Shown here: positions 29,969 to 32,000 of the stretch, one piece after another
Position numbering within the stretch: position 1 is the stretch's first letter
Layout of the letters: each line of letters begins with the position of its first letter
Source of the DNA: Pseudomonas aeruginosa
GTDB lineage: Bacteria; Pseudomonadota; Gammaproteobacteria; Pseudomonadales; Pseudomonadaceae
DNA length: 32,000 nucleotides
NCBI RefSeq assembly: GCF_001457615.1
Contig: NZ_LN831024.1
Span: 5,610,001-5,642,000 of the forward strand
Direction of reading: 5' to 3'
The notes under the pieces: model-generated
Told to the model about the DNA's origin: nothing
The model's input: the letters and a program-made list of their open reading frames with translations, nothing else
The model's database searches: none
Made by a program: the position numbers and the translations under genes

Positions 29969-31381
29969 TCAGCCGGCCCGTCCCAGGGCGGGGTCGCCCA
30001 GTCCCTGCGGCTGCCGGCGACGAACCACGTAATAGGCCAGGTAGCAGGCGGCGATGAAGCCGAAGCCCCAGTACAAGGACGGCCGCTGGGTGGGATCGAG
30101 GGCGAGGAAGACGAACAGCGAGCAGCACACGGCGATGCAGGCCAACGGCACCAGCGGGAACAGCGGCGCGGCATATTTCAGCTCGGCGACCGTGCCGCCG
30201 CTGGCCATGTACTCGCGGCGGAAGCGGTATTGGGCGTAGGCGATGACGATCCAGGTGACGGTGCCGGACATCCCGCTCACCGCCATCAGCACCATGAACA
30301 GGGTGTCGGCGGCGACCACGCTGGTCAGCAACGAGAGCAGGGCGAAGCACAGGGTGATCAGCAACGCGTAGAGCGGCACGCCGCGCGCGCTGAGCTTCGA
30401 CAGGCCGCGCGGGGCCATGCCGGTCCTGGACATCGCCCAGAGGATCCGCGTCGAGGCGTACAGGCCCGAGTTGCCTACCGAGAGGATGGCGGTGAGGATG
30501 ACGAAGTTCATCAGGTCCGCCGCGTAGGGAATCCCGACCATGTCGAACACCTGCACGAACGGGCTTTCCATCAGCCCGGCCTGTTGCCAGGGAATGATGG
30601 CGGAAAGCACGACGATGGCCAGCACGTAGAAGATCAGTACGCGGAACACCACGTTGCGCACCGCCCGCGGGATGCTCTTCTCCGGTCGCTCGGTCTCGCC
30701 GGCGGCGACGCCCATGATCTCGCAACCCTGGAAGGCATAGACCACCGTCATCATCACCGCGAACACCGCCGACAGGCCGTTGGGGAACAGCCGCTCGCCG
30801 ACCAGGTTGGAGAACATCGGCGCCGGCGCACCGCTCTTCAGTTCGATACCGCCGAAGATCACCAGCCCCCCGACCACGATGAACACCAGGATCGCCGCCA
30901 CCTTGATCCCGGCGAACCAGTACTCGGCCTCGCCGAAGGCGCGGGTCGCCAGGGCATTGAGGGAGAACAGCACGACCACGAAGAAACCCGACCATAGCCA
31001 CACGGGCACCTCCGGGAACCAGCGGGTCATGAGCATCCCGGCCGCGGTGAATTCCAGGCCTACCGTGGAGGCCCAGCTCATCCAGTAGACCCAGCCGATC
31101 ATGAAGCCAGTCGCCGGGCCGATGAAACGCGTCGCGTGGGCCTGGAACGAACCGGAGACCGGCATCTGCACCGACAGCTCGCCGAGGCAGACCATCACCA
31201 GGTACATCAGCACCCCGGCCACCAGGTAGGCCAGCACCGCGCCGGCCGGGCCGCCCTGGTTGATGGTCACGCCGGAGCCCATGAACAGCCCGGTGCCGAT
31301 CACCCCGCCGAGGGACAGCATGAAGATGTGGCGGCTCGCCAGGGCCCGGGTGAGTTGCAGCCTTTCCTTGCCGTCAGCCAT
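29969..31381 (-). CDS. Amino acid permease, APC/AAT family
   Basis: 470 aa; LASRHIFMLSLGGVIGTGLFMGSG, WVYWMSWA, VYAFQGCEIMGVAAGETERPEKSIPRA; RBS GGAGG. Confidence 0.9.
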   Translation of the reverse strand: MADGKERLQLTRALASRHIFMLSLGGVIGTGLFMGSGVTINQGGPAGAVLAYLVAGVLMYLVMVCLGELSVQMPVSGSFQAHATRFIGPATGFMIGWVYWMSWASTVGLEFTAAGMLMTRWFPEVPVWLWSGFFVVVLFSLNALATRAFGEAEYWFAGIKVAAILVFIVVGGLVIFGGIELKSGAPAPMFSNLVGERLFPNGLSAVFAVMMTVVYAFQGCEIMGVAAGETERPEKSIPRAVRNVVFRVLIFYVLAIVVLSAIIPWQQAGLMESPFVQVFDMVGIPYAADLMNFVILTAILSVGNSGLYASTRILWAMSRTGMAPRGLSKLSARGVPLYALLITLCFALLSLLTSVVAADTLFMVLMAVSGMSGTVTWIVIAYAQYRFRREYMASGGTVAELKYAAPLFPLVPLACIAVCCSLFVFLALDPTQRPSLYWGFGFIAACYLAYYVVRRRQPQGLGDPALGRAG

Positions 31382-31564
31382 GGCGCACCTCCGGATGAGG
31401 GTACGCGCAGGGGTCTTCGAGATGGCTCATTATTCTTGTCTCCACTCTGTCAGAGGCCGTGTCTTGCGCACGGATGAGCGGATTATTGGCGGCGGATGTA
31501 AGACGCCGTTGAACGCGCGGATCGAAGATGTAAAAAGCTGTAAGGAAGTTGTTCGCCGCGCCGC

Positions 31565-32000
31565 TCAACCGGCCGCTGAGTCGGCTTCGCCGAGGAAGCC
31601 GGCGCGGCGCAGGGCCTCGGCGCCGTCGCGGCGCAGGCTACCCAGGCGTGCGCCCCAGGCCCGCGGGTCGACCCCGGCCGCGCCCAGGGCCTCGCGCTCC
31701 AGCTCGCCCAGGCCGGCGCCGAGCGCCACCAGGCCCATGGAGTGGCAGCTTCCGGACAGGCGATGGGCGATGTTCGCCGCCTCGGCCAGGTCCGCCTGGT
31801 CCAGGGCTTCGGCCAGCAGCGGCAACTGCTCGTCCAGGCTTCCCAGCAGGCTGCCCAGCAGTCCGGCGAGCTTGTGCCGCCCCAGCAGGCGGCGGTGGGT
31901 CTCGAGCATTTGCCGGTCCAGCGCGGCGTCCACCGCAAGCGCAGGCACGCTGGTGCCGACCTCGCCCAGCGCGCGGCGCAGCTCGTCCATCCGCAGGGGT
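31565..32000 (-). CDS. aruS: C-terminal part of sensor kinase AruS-like protein (HPt domain), truncated by window edge
   Basis: Frame open to the right edge; HPt phospho-acceptor region AEAANIAHRLSGSCHSMG. Symbol is by location next to aruHI. Confidence 0.7.
   Translation of the reverse strand, partial: PLRMDELRRALGEVGTSVPALAVDAALDRQMLETHRRLLGRHKLAGLLGSLLGSLDEQLPLLAEALDQADLAEAANIAHRLSGSCHSMGLVALGAGLGELEREALGAAGVDPRAWGARLGSLRRDGAEALRRAGFLGEADSAAG

Overview
This 32 kb window is GC-rich chromosomal DNA that matches, by recalled protein family and gene order, the Pseudomonas aeruginosa core genome around fimX-serB-parC-parE-cpdA-thiC-opmH-aruHI. I found no integrase, transposase, CRISPR array, tRNA, rRNA or other accessory-island signal, and no convincing new defence or mobile system. 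In order it contains: a 5'-truncated hypothetical; fimX; serB (-); a divergent Smp/AhpA-like membrane protein plus a DUF457-type hydrolase; a PqiC-like lipoprotein; a long minus-strand run transcribed nudF/aspP > yqiB-like > cpdA > yqiA-like > parE > phytase-like esterase > retropepsin-like protease > parC; a DUF3298-like lipoprotein; thiC with a TPP riboswitch; a divergent tolC/opmH; and an arginine-transamination cluster (quinone-reductase-like gene, aruH, aruI, NDP-forming acyl-CoA synthetase, acyl-CoA dehydrogenase, enoyl-CoA hydratase, amino acid permease, 3' end of the aruS-like sensor with HPt domain). The best leads are the two envelope-type genes between parE and parC, the CoA-metabolism trio next to aruHI, a perfect dyad in a putative opmH promoter spacer, and several start-codon corrections. 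Most of the very long antisense ORFs in the track are high-GC shadow frames. Assignments come from reading motifs and recalled knowledge; no database search was run.
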